29,550 nt of DNA, taken from Candidatus Zixiibacteriota bacterium (lineage in GTDB: Bacteria; Zixibacteria; MSB-5A5; WJJR01). Of the stretch, positions 17,422-26,499 are shown piece after piece (positions within the stretch are counted from its first letter, which is position 1; each line of letters opens with the position of its first letter). A model generated the notes under the pieces. The model made no database searches, was not told the origin of the DNA, and saw only the letters and a program-made list of their open reading frames with translations. Position numbers and translations under genes: made by a program. The stretch spans positions 1 to 29,550 of the forward strand of contig JAVHPP010000151.1 in the NCBI GenBank assembly GCA_036170655.1, in the 5' to 3' direction.

Positions 17422-18822
17422 CTACCAGGCTTTCTCCATGACCGCGGCGGTGACATGGCTGCCAACGCCCGCGTGGGAAATGGCCAGACCGCGCCGCGGA
17501 TTTTTCGCCTGCAAGCTTTGCCAGTCGGCCGGTTTCTTTTTGCTGTAACGTTCCCAGAGCTTGGGATCGCCGTGGAACTGATCGTACTTGCCCTGCAACT
17601 GCCACATCACCTCGTCGGCTTGGAAAATGCCCGTTGCGCCGACCGCGTGCATCGTGCCCAGAAGTCCGCCGGACAGGTTGGCCGGGCACTTGCCGGGTTT
17701 GCCCGTGTGGGGATTGGTGTGATAGCATTCACCGGAACGGACGTATTCCTGCTCCTCGCCGTAGAGCGTCAACCCGACGTCCCCATAAGTCTGCAGGTCG
17801 GAGATGGTAAACGCGTCGTGGGTCTCGACCAGATCGAGATCCTCGATCGGCACGTTAATCCCGGCCATGCGGTAGACAAAATATGCTGCCATCCGCGCCG
17901 CGCCGAAGCTCTCGAAGCCCGGCCAGCGGCCGTCCTGCTTCTCCATCTCAGCGTACAACTTCCGGTACCCCTCCTCGGTCTCATGCGGGAGAAGCGGAAT
18001 GCGCATCGGCCGGCGGTCGCCGGTCCGCAGCGTGTGTGACCCGCCGGCGATGTATAGCTTCACCGGTTTGTCGGTGAGCTTGTACGCCAGCTCCTCCGAG
18101 CAAAGCAGCGTGCAGGCGGACCCCACGCTCATGGCGCAACACTCCAGAAAGCGCAGCGGATCGGAGACGATGTCGCCGCTCAGAACTTCTTCGATGGTGT
18201 GTTTCCCCGGCTGCTGGGCATAGGGCGACGAGCATGCATACCCGCGGTTCTTCACCGCGATCGCGGCGCGAATCCGTTCGTCAACGTGGTACATCTCCTG
18301 GAAACGGCGTGCCATCGGCGCATAGTAACTGGCATAGTTACGCGCCAGACGCGTCTCGAAGTCCTTGCATGCGGCCATGGCGATGTAGTAGTTGCCCGTC
18401 CACGTTTTGACCTCGTCCATGCGCTCCCAGCCCATGACCATTGTGCAGTCCGACAGACCGCTGGCAATCGTGGTGGCGCCCACCAGCAGAGTCGATCCGC
18501 CGGTGGCGCCGCCGGTCTTGATGCCGACATTGCCCATCGGGTCCAGACCGAGGTAGTCGTGCACCTTGGCCTCGCACAGAAGCTGATCCTGGAAATGATC
18601 GGCGAACGCGCCGTAGCAGGCGAAGTTGATGTGCCCCTTAACCTCCAGCGGATCCATCTTGAGGTTGTTTTCCTCCAGCATCATGCGAAAGGCCATCATG
18701 CAGAGTTCTTCCAGTTTCTTTTCCGGATAGCGTTTGCGGAAATCGCTCATCCCGGCGGACACCATGTAAACCGGCCGGGTCCATTTGGGGATGCGCAGAT
18801 TTCCGGGCTTGAATGTGATCAT
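17422..18822 (-). CDS. Thiolase-fold (SCP2-thiolase-like) protein lacking the nucleophilic Cys
   Basis: AVKNR, ETHDAF, NLSGGLL..HAVGATG; TGGATGG at the usual ACASG position; GGAGGAGG RBS before ATG 18822. Confidence 0.88.
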   Translation of the reverse strand: MITFKPGNLRIPKWTRPVYMVSAGMSDFRKRYPEKKLEELCMMAFRMMLEENNLKMDPLEVKGHINFACYGAFADHFQDQLLCEAKVHDYLGLDPMGNVGIKTGGATGGSTLLVGATTIASGLSDCTMVMGWERMDEVKTWTGNYYIAMAACKDFETRLARNYASYYAPMARRFQEMYHVDERIRAAIAVKNRGYACSSPYAQQPGKHTIEEVLSGDIVSDPLRFLECCAMSVGSACTLLCSEELAYKLTDKPVKLYIAGGSHTLRTGDRRPMRIPLLPHETEEGYRKLYAEMEKQDGRWPGFESFGAARMAAYFVYRMAGINVPIEDLDLVETHDAFTISDLQTYGDVGLTLYGEEQEYVRSGECYHTNPHTGKPGKCPANLSGGLLGTMHAVGATGIFQADEVMWQLQGKYDQFHGDPKLWERYSKKKPADWQSLQAKNPRRGLAISHAGVGSHVTAAVMEKAW

Positions 18823-18983
18823 GTTTTCCTCCTCCCGAACGTAGACTTGCATAATCGGGACGCGTTGTGATCGAGACAAGAGAATTCAGTATTGGAAGTG
18901 ACAAAAAGAGCCGTGAGGGCAGATGGCCACGAGATCAGGCGACATGTCGCCGGGATTCTCAATCCCGTTGCGCACGTGCGTTT

Positions 18984-21443
18984 TCACTTGTGCTGCTGTC
19001 CCCGCCCCGCCAGCATCGCGCCCCCCGCCAAAATCACGGCACACACCAGCGACAGCCAGACGCTGTTGGCGAATGTCTCCGAGTGGAACGCAAATGTGAT
19101 CTTGTGAGTGCCTTTCTTGACCGGCACAGCGCGGAACGTGTAGTCGGCACGGTAGATCGGCACGTTCTGCCCCGCTTCGTCGGTCGCGTGCCAGGCGGGG
19201 TAGTAGTTCTCGGACAGCCAGAGGATGCCGTCGCGCTCGGCGGTGCACTCGACGACAAACTTGTCGACGCTCCAATCGACAATACGCGCGGGCGTGAACG
19301 GAATCGAGGCGGCGTTCTGATCGGCGGGCGGGAGATCGGTCATCGGCTGGTCGAGAATCAGCCGGTTGTGGTAGGGGAAGTCCGGCCGCCGCAGTTGCGC
19401 CAATGTGGCGTTGGAGTCGGTCATCACTTCGTATTGATAGAACACCGCGGCGCGTGGCAGGGCATCGGTGTTCCTGATCAAATACAGGCCCTGACTCTGC
19501 CCGGCCACTTCGAAGCCAGCCTGAGACACTGGCTGCGGCGAAACAAGTAGAGTGACATTCAGAAGGTCCATCGTCACAGGATCAGTCAAGAGCGATGGCT
19601 TGGGATCGTGGCGGCCGACAAAGTTGTCGTAGGTGAGCAGATGATTCCCGTGCATTTGTGAGGGCGACACTTCTTCGATCCCATGCAGCGCAAGGTAATT
19701 GTCCTCAAGCGTGTTAGGCAGATTCAAGACACGGAATGGCGCTGGTCCGGCGTACTGCTTGATCGCACCCAGGATCGGACGCGCGTCATAGTATGGACGC
19801 GGGTCGATGGTCTTCACAAATCGCGAATCAAACTGCCAGTTGGGCAGCACCGCCAGAGTTGCAAGCCCCGCGACCGCGGAAGCGGTTCCCAGCGTGCCAC
19901 GACGCTGCGCTTGAAATATCCCCACCAGCCCCCAGAGCACGATGGTCCCAATCAGAAACCCGATCCGCATCGGACCGGCATCAGAGATCGCCGCGGCGGC
20001 CTTGTCCTGAGACAACGGATTTCCGACAAGCGATGCCCAACCGGTCAGAAGGGAACTGCCGGTGACCAAGGCAATCAGTGTCAGGCCCGAGTAGATGCCC
20101 GCGATGAGGATCAGAAGCCGCAGCGGATCGACACTGTGACGCGCAGAGCCGCCATGCCCCTTGGCCGGCAAGAGCAGGACTTCCAGCGCCCGTGTGGCCA
20201 TGACAATCCAACTCAGCGCAAAGAGAAAATTGATCATTGACGGTGCGCGGAACTTCCTCACCATGGGGACAAACTCAAAGAACAGTCTAAAAAGAGGTGT
20301 CGACGCGCCAAGCGCATGCAGCAATGCCAGGAGCGACAACCCGCCGAAAAACCACATGGCTGGCCCACGCACAGCGACCACTGCCACAATGGCCAGCGCC
20401 AGCGCCATCACGCCCACGGCTTCCGAGTTGAGTTTGAATAAATTCTGTCCCCAGTAAGTTGCGGGCCGGTCACCAAGATTCTCCCCGGAGAAGGATGGAT
20501 TGACTTCAGAGAGGAGCTCTTCCGAATGCATCGACCAGGAGCTGGCCCACTCGAATCCGCCACTGTTCTCATTGTGCTGGATGCGCTGTGAGTACTTGGC
20601 GAGGTATTGATAAGGCGCCATCCATTGGATGGCGGACGCGCCCAGCGCCAGCATGACTGCCACGACAAAGAAGAGTACGGGCGCCAGAATCCGTGCCACG
20701 TTGAACCGGTGCTGTTCCCAGAGGAGAAACAGGAAGTACAGGCCCAGCCCCCACGACGCGTAGTAGGCCATCTGCACGTGCGCCGTTAGAATCATGAGCG
20801 CGTACACCAGCCCGAAGCCCAGAAACGGCGCCAGCCGCCGGGTGGTCGTCCCCCGGTGAACAAGGAGAAATGCAAGCGGCGCCAGAGCCGCGACATAGAT
20901 TTTTCCATCATGCCCGGGATAGAAGAGTGAGACCAGGCAGGGCGTGAACATGTAGAGCGTTCCCCCAATAAAGGCCGAGACATTGTTGCGCCCGATCTCC
21001 CGCAGAAACAAAAACATGAACACGCCAGCCAGAAAAACATGGAGGATCAGCTTCAGTCCAATGGCGTAAGTGACAGGCAGGATGACTTGCAGCAGGGCCG
21101 CTGGATAGAAAACATCTCCGTGCATGGCATCGACAAAGGGCAGTCCGCCGTGGATGTAGGGATTCCACAACGGGACACGCAGGTGCTGACGCCAGAAATC
21201 GGCAGACAGCGACCGGAAGAACACTCCCGCCGACATCGTGTCGCTGCCATAGATCATCTTGCCGGGCGAGAATATCGGGCCCGCGAAAAAGATCACCGTC
21301 AGTAGTGCATACGCGATGATTGCCCAGCGGACCGGATGGGCGGAAATTGTCTCGGTGAATGACCCGGATGACGCCGCCGCTGCGCCCGGCTTCTTCGCCG
21401 TGGACGACGCCGATTTTCTTGGTGGTTCAGCTTTCTTAGCCAT
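18984..21443 (-). CDS. YfhO-like large polytopic membrane protein (probable GT-C glycosyltransferase)
   Basis: PLWNPYIHGGLP, many TM helices, C-terminal LWLSENYYPAWHA...RADYTFRAV...GTHKITF typical of YfhO. Confidence 0.82.
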   Translation of the reverse strand: MAKKAEPPRKSASSTAKKPGAAAASSGSFTETISAHPVRWAIIAYALLTVIFFAGPIFSPGKMIYGSDTMSAGVFFRSLSADFWRQHLRVPLWNPYIHGGLPFVDAMHGDVFYPAALLQVILPVTYAIGLKLILHVFLAGVFMFLFLREIGRNNVSAFIGGTLYMFTPCLVSLFYPGHDGKIYVAALAPLAFLLVHRGTTTRRLAPFLGFGLVYALMILTAHVQMAYYASWGLGLYFLFLLWEQHRFNVARILAPVLFFVVAVMLALGASAIQWMAPYQYLAKYSQRIQHNENSGGFEWASSWSMHSEELLSEVNPSFSGENLGDRPATYWGQNLFKLNSEAVGVMALALAIVAVVAVRGPAMWFFGGLSLLALLHALGASTPLFRLFFEFVPMVRKFRAPSMINFLFALSWIVMATRALEVLLLPAKGHGGSARHSVDPLRLLILIAGIYSGLTLIALVTGSSLLTGWASLVGNPLSQDKAAAAISDAGPMRIGFLIGTIVLWGLVGIFQAQRRGTLGTASAVAGLATLAVLPNWQFDSRFVKTIDPRPYYDARPILGAIKQYAGPAPFRVLNLPNTLEDNYLALHGIEEVSPSQMHGNHLLTYDNFVGRHDPKPSLLTDPVTMDLLNVTLLVSPQPVSQAGFEVAGQSQGLYLIRNTDALPRAAVFYQYEVMTDSNATLAQLRRPDFPYHNRLILDQPMTDLPPADQNAASIPFTPARIVDWSVDKFVVECTAERDGILWLSENYYPAWHATDEAGQNVPIYRADYTFRAVPVKKGTHKITFAFHSETFANSVWLSLVCAVILAGGAMLAGRGQQHK

Positions 21444-21449
21444 GCGGCG

Positions 21450-21478
21450 AAGTTAGGGGACGAACGTGCACGAGCCAA
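21450..21478 (-). promoter_or_regulatory. Sigma70-type promoter of the yfhO-like gene (leaderless arrangement)
   Basis: TTGGCT-17 nt-TAACTT, then 6 nt to ATG; no SD sequence. Confidence 0.55.
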
Positions 21479-21550
21479 GGGGGAAGTAGGGATCAGTTCT
21501 TTGTGTCAGCATTCCTGGTCAGATATTTGCTGGGATGGTCACCTCCCACC

Positions 21551-22456
21551 CTATCCGCGGATCACCTTGCTCACGATGTCCCGGCGCAAGATCAGGCCGA
21601 TCAACTTGCCGTTCTCCACGACCGGCACACGACGGATGTTGCGGAACATCATCTGCGCGGCGACTTCGACGATCGGCGTGTCTTCCGAGGTTGTGAACAA
21701 CCGCGTCGTCATGATGTCTTTCACTTTGATCTCGTCCTCATGACGCAACAGCTCATCGAAGGGTTCGGCATCGGGCGCCAGCGCCAGGTTCTGGATGAGG
21801 CTCTCGTAGTTGGGGAGTGCGGCCTTGATCAGATGGCGTTCGGAGATCATCCCGACCGGCTGACCCTCGGCATCGACAACCGGCATCCCCGACACTTTGT
21901 ACCGATAGAGTTTGTTGGCGACTTCCTTGAGGGAATCATCGGGCGAGACCGTGACGACGTCGCGGTGCATGATGTCGCGCACCGTGAGATGCTTGCGGAT
22001 GGTCAGCCCCGTGTCCCAGATCACCCGGATCACCTCGTCCGGCGAGGCCGCCGCCAGCAGTTTGGGGAGATTGGATTCATCACGCGCCAGCGTAGCGAAC
22101 GCCGAGAGTGTCTGCAGATACAGTTGCGCAATGTTGCGCGGTGTCAGAAGCAAGCAGATGACATGCAGGGGACGGGCATCGGGGGTCGGCGCCTTGATTC
22201 CCTTCCGGGAAATTCCCAGCGCGATGTGCATGTCATCGACCAGGTCGGTGCGTGCATGCGGGAACGCGTAGCAGCGTCCAAATGAGGTATTTTCAATCTC
22301 TTCACGTTCGGCGATCGAGCTGAGAATACCCGCACGGTCAATCCGGGGAAACTGGAGAGTGACCAAGTCCATCAACTCGCCAATCGCGCCGGTTTTCGAC
22401 TGCGACCGCAGATCGGCCTGCAGCAACTTGGGATCGAGAAGCGCCGCCAGTCTCAT
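21551..22456 (-). CDS. PTS EIIA (Ntr/fructose-mannitol type) domain fused to a CBS pair
   Basis: EREEIENTSFGRCYAFPHAR (phospho-His motif); C-terminal VRDIM..SGMPVVD and VKDIM..RRVPVVENGKLIGLI CBS repeats. Confidence 0.88.
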   Translation of the reverse strand: MRLAALLDPKLLQADLRSQSKTGAIGELMDLVTLQFPRIDRAGILSSIAEREEIENTSFGRCYAFPHARTDLVDDMHIALGISRKGIKAPTPDARPLHVICLLLTPRNIAQLYLQTLSAFATLARDESNLPKLLAAASPDEVIRVIWDTGLTIRKHLTVRDIMHRDVVTVSPDDSLKEVANKLYRYKVSGMPVVDAEGQPVGMISERHLIKAALPNYESLIQNLALAPDAEPFDELLRHEDEIKVKDIMTTRLFTTSEDTPIVEVAAQMMFRNIRRVPVVENGKLIGLILRRDIVSKVIRG

Positions 22457-23151
22457 ATTGATTTCTCCCCTGCCGCGATCGTGTTGCTATCGGCTGTGCG
22501 GCTCAACCCCGGTGGCGTGGCGATCCCGCCCGACACCAACATCTTGATCGTGTCTTCGTTAGAAATGTCCAGTTCGTAGACTTCATCGGTTGGCACAAGG
22601 ATCACAAAGCCCGTGAACGGAGTCGGTGTCGACGGCACAAACACGGCGATCAACTCACCGCCACTGTTGGGTTTGGCATCTTTTCCCGGCAACTCCGATA
22701 TGCGCGTCCGTGCGGCAGCGAAGCCGATCGCGTACACACCCCGTCGCGGGTACTCGATGATCACCGCCCGGTCGAACACCTTTCGTTGGGGCAGGGTCAC
22801 CGCCTCGACCAGTTGCTTGGCGGCGGAGTACACAGCGCGTACCAAAGGGGTCCGGACGAATAAAAGTTCGCCGAATCCAAAAAGACGCGAACCCACGACG
22901 TTGCGCACAAATGCACCGACGAGAAAGACCAGCAGGATGGTCGCGGCCAGTCCCATCCCGGGAATGGATTTGCCCAGAAAACGCTTCATGATGGGAGAGA
23001 GAATCCCATCCACTTGCAGGAACAAAAAATTCAGGACAATCACAGTGACGATCACCGGCACCGTGATCACCACTCCCGAAATGAATGTTCGCCGCAGGGA
23101 ATTGAGAATCTGGCGTCCGAATGACGGATTCGATGTCTGGCCGATATTCAT
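22453..23151 (-). CDS. DUF502-family membrane protein
   Basis: FISGVVITVP, PLVRAVYSAAKQL, IEYPRRG, FVPSTPTPFTGF, LVSGG; start ATG 23151 (TTG 23181 is an alternative). Confidence 0.88.
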   Translation of the reverse strand: MNIGQTSNPSFGRQILNSLRRTFISGVVITVPVIVTVIVLNFLFLQVDGILSPIMKRFLGKSIPGMGLAATILLVFLVGAFVRNVVGSRLFGFGELLFVRTPLVRAVYSAAKQLVEAVTLPQRKVFDRAVIIEYPRRGVYAIGFAAARTRISELPGKDAKPNSGGELIAVFVPSTPTPFTGFVILVPTDEVYELDISNEDTIKMLVSGGIATPPGLSRTADSNTIAAGEKSI

Positions 23152-23187
23152 GATCGTCCCCGCGCCACGCGCGAGACTCAATAGATA

Positions 23188-23216
23188 AGGCTACGATGGC
23201 ACCGCTGTACTGTCAA
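23188..23216 (-). promoter_or_regulatory. Sigma70-type promoter for the DUF502 and EIIA-CBS genes
   Basis: TTGACA-17 nt-TAGCCT. Confidence 0.65.
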
Positions 23217-23297
23217 GAGGCATTGGGAGGGCAGATTTGCGGTGTCACTTCTATATCCCTTGAGGGGAGATCTGCTCAGAGAGGAATCTGGTACTTG

Positions 23298-24221
23298 CTA
23301 CTCAAACACAGGCGGCGATGGCGCTGTCGGTTCGGACGGTGTCTCCGGCGTTGCCGGAGGGGTCACGGTCCCGGCCGTGGCATAGGCGGGTGCGCGCAAT
23401 TGGAGAAACACTCTGGTCCACACGGCCGAATCGAAGGTGCCAAGATAGGCGGTTGTCATGAAGATGAACGGCACACCCACAGTGATGCCGTACAGGATCG
23501 CCAGCGGTTTGCTGGCCATCCACAGCGCGATCGCTGGCAGGGCCAGCATCCCACCGATTCCCAGTAAGGCGACCAGCACCGCGATTTGGATCGCGAATTT
23601 CACCATGGCCACGATGACCGTCGGCTGCCACTGGCTTCGCAGAAGCGTCCAACCCTCGCCGATCGAATTGATGACACCGCGCGTCTCCAGTGTGACAAAA
23701 CGGTCGGCGTACAGCCAGGTCAGAACAATTGCGACCAGTCCCACCAGCACAGACGGAATCGCAAACACCAGCGAAAAGAACCCCAGCGGTCGCGAGAGGA
23801 CGAATAGGAAAACCTCGACCCCGGTCACAAACACCACAAATGCGACCAGCACGACGATCTCCAGCAGGGTCAGTCCCAGCATCGGCCAGAACCGTTTCAA
23901 TCCGAAGTCCCACCCCGCCGACAAACCAGGGGTGCCATTGGTGTCGATCTGGTAGACATTGTAGATGAGCGCCGATTTGCTGATAACATGCAGGATCAGC
24001 ACGATGACAAGGATCAGCCCTCCGACCAGGATCACCATGGCCAGCGCGGCGAGGAGCCATTGACTTGCGGCTTCGATGTCCCCCGCTGTGAGCTCCTTGC
24101 GGCCGAAGCTGGCGCCGCCGCCCCCCCCGCCGGCAAAGAGGCCGAACAACCAGAGATACTTGTGCTTCCACGCGAGCCGGAACGACTCGCGGATTATGTC
24201 ACCGATGGGGAGTCGAATCAT
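23298..24221 (-). CDS. Hypothetical polytopic membrane protein
   Basis: IIRESFRLAWKHKYLWLFGLFAGGGGG, several TM helices, Pro-rich tail; ATG 24221 chosen because the longer ORF overlaps the tRNA. Confidence 0.8.
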   Translation of the reverse strand: MIRLPIGDIIRESFRLAWKHKYLWLFGLFAGGGGGGASFGRKELTAGDIEAASQWLLAALAMVILVGGLILVIVLILHVISKSALIYNVYQIDTNGTPGLSAGWDFGLKRFWPMLGLTLLEIVVLVAFVVFVTGVEVFLFVLSRPLGFFSLVFAIPSVLVGLVAIVLTWLYADRFVTLETRGVINSIGEGWTLLRSQWQPTVIVAMVKFAIQIAVLVALLGIGGMLALPAIALWMASKPLAILYGITVGVPFIFMTTAYLGTFDSAVWTRVFLQLRAPAYATAGTVTPPATPETPSEPTAPSPPVFE

Positions 24222-24251
24222 CGGATGCCCCCAGCCCTGTCCGATCAACAG

Positions 24252-24324
<73 letters not shown>

Positions 24325-24711
24325 ATCGTGACTTTGGCTGCGCAAAACTGAGCGCCGTGCCGTATGGAACAAATCATCATCGCGTGATCCAGTCAAACGA
24401 TTTCTAAAGTCGCGGCCAATTCATCGCTGGCAGAGCAAATCGCGAACGGCAGTGCTTGTGTAGCTTAGGGACTCGTGCCCGTCAGTCCGTGAGTGCCGCA
24501 ATTGCCCAATGCCAGTGCGAACGGTGCGTGGTAGCGAAATCTGACGACGCCCACAAGGGGATACGCAGCAACGGCGCCGCCCGTGCTCATGTGGCACAGT
24601 TGCTCTCGCCCCCCTGCCCAAGCTGGACGCATTCTCCATTATCTAGCGGCGAAGGCGTACCGGGCGGGAAGGACATGAAGCGTGGCACAGGAATCGTTAG
24701 AGAAGGTTGCT

Positions 24712-24786
24712 TGGTGAGGGTGGATGGGATCGGACCATCGGCCACCTGCTTAAAAGGCAGATGCTCTACCACTGAGCTACACCCCC
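24712..24786 (-). tRNA. tRNA-Lys (anticodon TTT), CCA encoded, atypical T-loop
   Basis: GGGGGTG-TAGCTCAGTGGTAGAGC; TCTGC-CTTTTAA-GCAGG; GATGG-TCCGATC-CCATC; ends ACCA. Confidence 0.92.
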
Positions 24787-24796
24787 AGCCAAAACG

Positions 24797-24826
24797 AGTA
24801 TACGGGGCAAAAAGCGGATGAGTCAA
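24797..24826 (-). promoter_or_regulatory. Sigma70-type promoter of tRNA-Lys(TTT)
   Basis: TTGACT-18 nt-TATACT ending 10 nt before the tRNA 5' end. Confidence 0.7.
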
Positions 24827-24975
24827 AGGCATTTGCCGCCGCACTCTGCGACAGGGGCGCAGGAACTTTCCCTCCTTGGGCCGCGTCTTGACAATGGCTG
24901 TTGCCTTCGGTTTCTTGAGTGGTTGCTTTGATTCGCTACAGCAAACCGATAAACGACTGGAGAGAAGGTCATTTC

Positions 24976-26382
24976 ATGAAATACGATATATGCGTGATCG
25001 GGGCCGGGCCGGGGGGATATGTCGCTGCCATCCGCGCTGCGCAACTGGGCAAAAAAGTCGCCGTGATCGAACGCGCCAAGGCCGGCGGCATCTGCACGTC
25101 GTGGGGATGCATCCCGTCCAAGACACTCCTGCACGCTGCTGGGATCCTAAGCGCGCTGCGGCATGCCGGTGAGTTTGGCATCACCATGGGTGATATCAAA
25201 GTCGACACCGACAAATTGCGCGCCAAGAAAGACCGCGTGGTCGACCGGCTGGTCAAGGGTGTCGAGTTCCTGCTGAAGAAAAACGGTGTCGACTGGATCC
25301 CCGGGCAGGCGCGACTGGCAGGGCGCACTACAATTGTGGTGACCGGGGCCGACGGGAAGTCTACCATGGTAGATGCCGGAAGCATCATCATCGCCACCGG
25401 CGCACGGCCGGTTGAGCTGCCCAACCTCAAACCCAACGGCGAAACAGTCATTACATACTTTGAGGCGCTGGAAGTGCGCGGTGTCCCCAAGGACTTCGTC
25501 GTGATCGGCGGCGGGGCAATCGGGTTGGAGATGGCGGAGGTGTACGCGGCCTTGGGGTCGAAAGTCACCGTGGTCGAGATGATGCCGACATTGCTTCCCG
25601 GCTTTGACATCGACCTGTGCAAAGCGGCCGCCGAGGGATTGAAGAAGTCGGGCGTCACCACGCTGACCGACACCAAAGTCGCCTCTGCCACCCAAGGCAA
25701 AGACAAGCGCTGGACCCTGACTCTGGAAAGCGCCAGAGGCAAAGCGCCGTCGCCATTGACAGCCGACCGCGTGCTGGTGGCAGTGGGGCTGAAACCCAAC
25801 AGCGACGATCTCGGCCTTAAGACTGCTGGTGTGACATGCGACACGCGCGGGTTCATCACGACCGATGTGCAAATGCGCACCAATGTCGCCAACATCTTTG
25901 CCATCGGCGATGTGACTGGACGCAAGCTATTGGCGCACAAAGCCTCACGCGAGGCGCACATAGCCGCCGAGTCTGCCTGCGGACATAGCGCCGTGATGGA
26001 TTACCGTTCGGTTCCCGGCGCTGTTTTTCTGCATCCGGAGATCGCCACGGTCGGTTTATCCGAAGACGAGGCCAAACGTGCGGGTCATGAGATCGCCATC
26101 GGCAAGTTCCCGCTGGTGGCGCTGGGACGCGGGGTCGCGACCGGGGCGATGGATGGATTTGTCAAGGTGGTGTCCGACAAGGCCACCGACCGGATTCTGG
26201 GTGTCCACATCGTGGCGCCCACTGCGGGGGATATGATTGCCGAGGCAGCGCTGGCCATCGAAATGGAGTCGACTACTGAGGATCTCACCTCGACCATCCA
26301 TGTTCACCCGACCTTTTCCGAGTCGCTGATGGAAGCCGCCGCCGACACGCGTGGCGAAGCGGTGCACATCTGGAAGGGGTGA
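24976..26382 (+). CDS. lpdA: Dihydrolipoyl dehydrogenase
   Basis: GAGPGGYVAA, GGICTSWGCIPSK redox disulfide, GGGAIG, IHVHPTFSE; purine-rich RBS before ATG 24976. Confidence 0.95.
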   Translation: MKYDICVIGAGPGGYVAAIRAAQLGKKVAVIERAKAGGICTSWGCIPSKTLLHAAGILSALRHAGEFGITMGDIKVDTDKLRAKKDRVVDRLVKGVEFLLKKNGVDWIPGQARLAGRTTIVVTGADGKSTMVDAGSIIIATGARPVELPNLKPNGETVITYFEALEVRGVPKDFVVIGGGAIGLEMAEVYAALGSKVTVVEMMPTLLPGFDIDLCKAAAEGLKKSGVTTLTDTKVASATQGKDKRWTLTLESARGKAPSPLTADRVLVAVGLKPNSDDLGLKTAGVTCDTRGFITTDVQMRTNVANIFAIGDVTGRKLLAHKASREAHIAAESACGHSAVMDYRSVPGAVFLHPEIATVGLSEDEAKRAGHEIAIGKFPLVALGRGVATGAMDGFVKVVSDKATDRILGVHIVAPTAGDMIAEAALAIEMESTTEDLTSTIHVHPTFSESLMEAAADTRGEAVHIWKG

Positions 26383-26499
26383 GCGGGGAAGAGTCCGCAG
26401 ATAGATGTGGGGGAACATCATGGGTGTCTTGGCGATGTCCGAGGTATAACGAAGTGGACACGCAATTGACCGCATCCCTGCCCCACGTGAACTGATTCC

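Noticed and set aside
24121..24128. G8 run (minus strand) near the 5' end of a membrane protein gene as a phase-variation tract
   Set aside because: Short, in frame and explained by a poly-Gly stretch in GC-rich DNA.
24533..24565. Hammerhead-like CTGACGA and CGAAA
   Set aside because: Elements are in the wrong order and no GAAA follows the would-be stem II.
24591..24697. TGGCAC sites as sigma54 promoters
   Set aside because: No GC at the required -12 spacing in either copy.
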